Translations under genes and position numbers: made by a program
Origin: Candidatus Iainarchaeum sp.
GTDB lineage: Archaea > Iainarchaeota > Iainarchaeia > Iainarchaeales > 1-14-0-10-31-34
DNA: 64,000 nt
Assembly: GCA_017609625.1 (NCBI GenBank)
Contig: JAFCDN010000003.1
Location: 1,387 to 65,386 of the forward strand
Reading direction: 5' to 3'
Notes under the pieces: model-generated
Told to the model about the DNA's origin: nothing
The model's input: the letters and a program-made list of their open reading frames with translations, nothing else
The model's database searches: none
In this document: positions 62,754 to 64,000 of the stretch, piece after piece
How positions within the stretch are numbered: position 1 is the first letter of the stretch
How the letters are laid out: each line of letters opens with the position of its first letter

Positions 62754-63305
62754 TTATTTTTTTGATTTCTTTAATGCTTTTTCAACTTCTATTTTCAGGT
62801 TATCAAGTGCTTTTTTCAAATCTTTTTCGTTTTTCATTCCTGAACAAATTATTTGCCCGTTCATAAAAAGCAAAAAACTGGATTTTGGTTCAGTTAATTT
62901 CATTACTGCACCAGGAAACTGTTCTGGCTCATATTCAACATTATCCAAGCCAAGAGCCAAGTCAAACAAATCTATTTTCTTGTTTAAGCTGGCAGAGGCA
63001 ACCATATTAACAATTTCATAATTTGTTTTTTTCTTTACTTTTACTTCTGGCTGGATTTCACGGATAAGTTTTAGTGCTTTCCTGATTCCTAATTCAATTT
63101 CTTTTTCGTTGCGTGCTCCGCTGATAATTGTTTTCCCGTTTTTGAATAACAGCAGAGACACTTTTGGTTCCTTAATTTTTAAGACAGCTCCAGGAAACTG
63201 TTCTGGCTCATATTCTACTTCACTTAAGCTCATAGCCAGATTATATAAGTCTAATGTGTAATTTGTTTCAGCTAAAGCAACCAGATTAACAATTTTATAT
63301 TTCAT
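62754..63305 (-). CDS. tbp: TATA-box binding protein
   Basis: Two direct repeats, each with (I)VN(L/M)VA...EYEPEQFPGAV(L/M)K...LLF(K/M)NG...SG. Confidence 0.95.
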   Translation of the reverse strand: MKYKIVNLVALAETNYTLDLYNLAMSLSEVEYEPEQFPGAVLKIKEPKVSLLLFKNGKTIISGARNEKEIELGIRKALKLIREIQPEVKVKKKTNYEIVNMVASASLNKKIDLFDLALGLDNVEYEPEQFPGAVMKLTEPKSSFLLFMNGQIICSGMKNEKDLKKALDNLKIEVEKALKKSKK

Positions 63306-63491
63306 TTTTTAAAACAGCCTTTTAAATCAACTGTAAAACAAGTTATGGAAAAATGCCTTAAATGAATTCAAAAAAGCAAAAGTTTAAGGTAAGAAAGACA
63401 AATCAAGCTTAAAGCATTAAGGCGAAATTAAATTCTGTTAAAAAAGTTTTAATCTTATTATGTGCTGCTGACATTTGCAGAAGCCATTGCT

Positions 63492-63990
63492 TTAATTGGT
63501 TTTTGGATTGTTTTTGTATTTTCTTTCTTCCAGTTCTGTTATTGCTATGAAAATTGCTGTCAGCACTATTCCCAAAACAAAAGCCGGCTTAAAGCCCCAT
63601 CCTTTAATTAATGCCATTCCGGAAAAAAAAAAGAACAACTGAAAAAACAAAGTTTGGCAGCATAAACAGTATTGCAACGGCTGCAATGTAATTGTCTCCT
63701 TTTATGTTTGTTTTTTTGTCTAAGTTAACAAGCCGGCCAACTGCTTTTATTATTATAAACAAAAATACAAGTACTACAGGGATTGCCAGAAGAAACCCTT
63801 CTTTAACCGGCAGGTCGAACAGTTCAGCTAATTTGCCTGCCAAAAGAAAGTCCCAAGGCTGGTCTTTTGCAAATAATAAAATATTTTTTTGGAACAAAAA
63901 AACGTTAACAGCAGGCAGGATATAAAAAAGTGCTGCAATTCCATATAACCACAAAAAAGGAATTTTAGATATTTTTTGGTTTAATTGCAT
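63492..63990 (-). pseudogene. Membrane protein gene split by a T10 (coding strand) homopolymer frameshift (track ORFs 63604-63990 and 63492-63686)
   Basis: The run lies at 63623-63632. A run of 9 would give ...FVFSVVLFFSGMALIKGWGFKPAFVLGIVL... as one ORF. Confidence 0.5.
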
Positions 63991-64000
63991 TGTTTTTACT

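Overview
AT-rich archaeal chromosome segment. My inference is a small-genome DPANN-type archaeon. All calls rest on reading the sequence and ORF track and recalling family motifs; no searches were run. Archaeal markers: TBP, Alba, Sec61beta, tRNA-splicing endonuclease, archaeal-type TrpRS and ValRS, a canonical C/D-box sRNA, a class-III (pilin-type) signal peptide and an intein with a LAGLIDADG endonuclease. These sit among bacterial-looking metabolic and transport genes: ribD, ribBA, type II pantothenate kinase, ATP-PEPCK, a MacB-type ABC transporter, a CopA copper island, PdxS/PdxT, V-PPase, PiT/DUF47, Dfx/rubrerythrin and two P-type ATPases. The window holds about 70 protein genes and 2 tRNAs (Leu-UAG, Val-CAC). 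I added four small or edge genes missing from the ORF track (ribD fragment, Sec61beta, pilin-like ORF, DUF1931-like ORF). Two toxin-antitoxin pairs are inserted inside biosynthetic gene pairs. Candidates most worth a second look: (1) an apparently catalytically intact GGDEF (GGEEF) cyclase on an archaeal contig, fused to a polybasic N-terminus; (2) a dispersed set of very K/R-rich orphan proteins; (3) a co-oriented GC-rich three-hairpin element family with compensatory stem changes, one copy abutting tRNA-Leu; (4) an AT-rich palindrome plus CAAAAAC-linker repeat family, with one 46-nt unit embedded in frame and identically in two unrelated genes; (5) a HerA/FtsK-family ATPase lacking NurA/Mre11/Rad50 partners, split by an intein in its Walker A motif and apparently co-transcribed with membrane and pilin-like ORFs; (6) homopolymer frameshifts and an in-frame TAG found only in secreted or membrane protein genes, with two genes sharing the start ATGAAC-poly(A) and both back in frame at A8. 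No CRISPR array, rRNA, transposase or integrase was seen.
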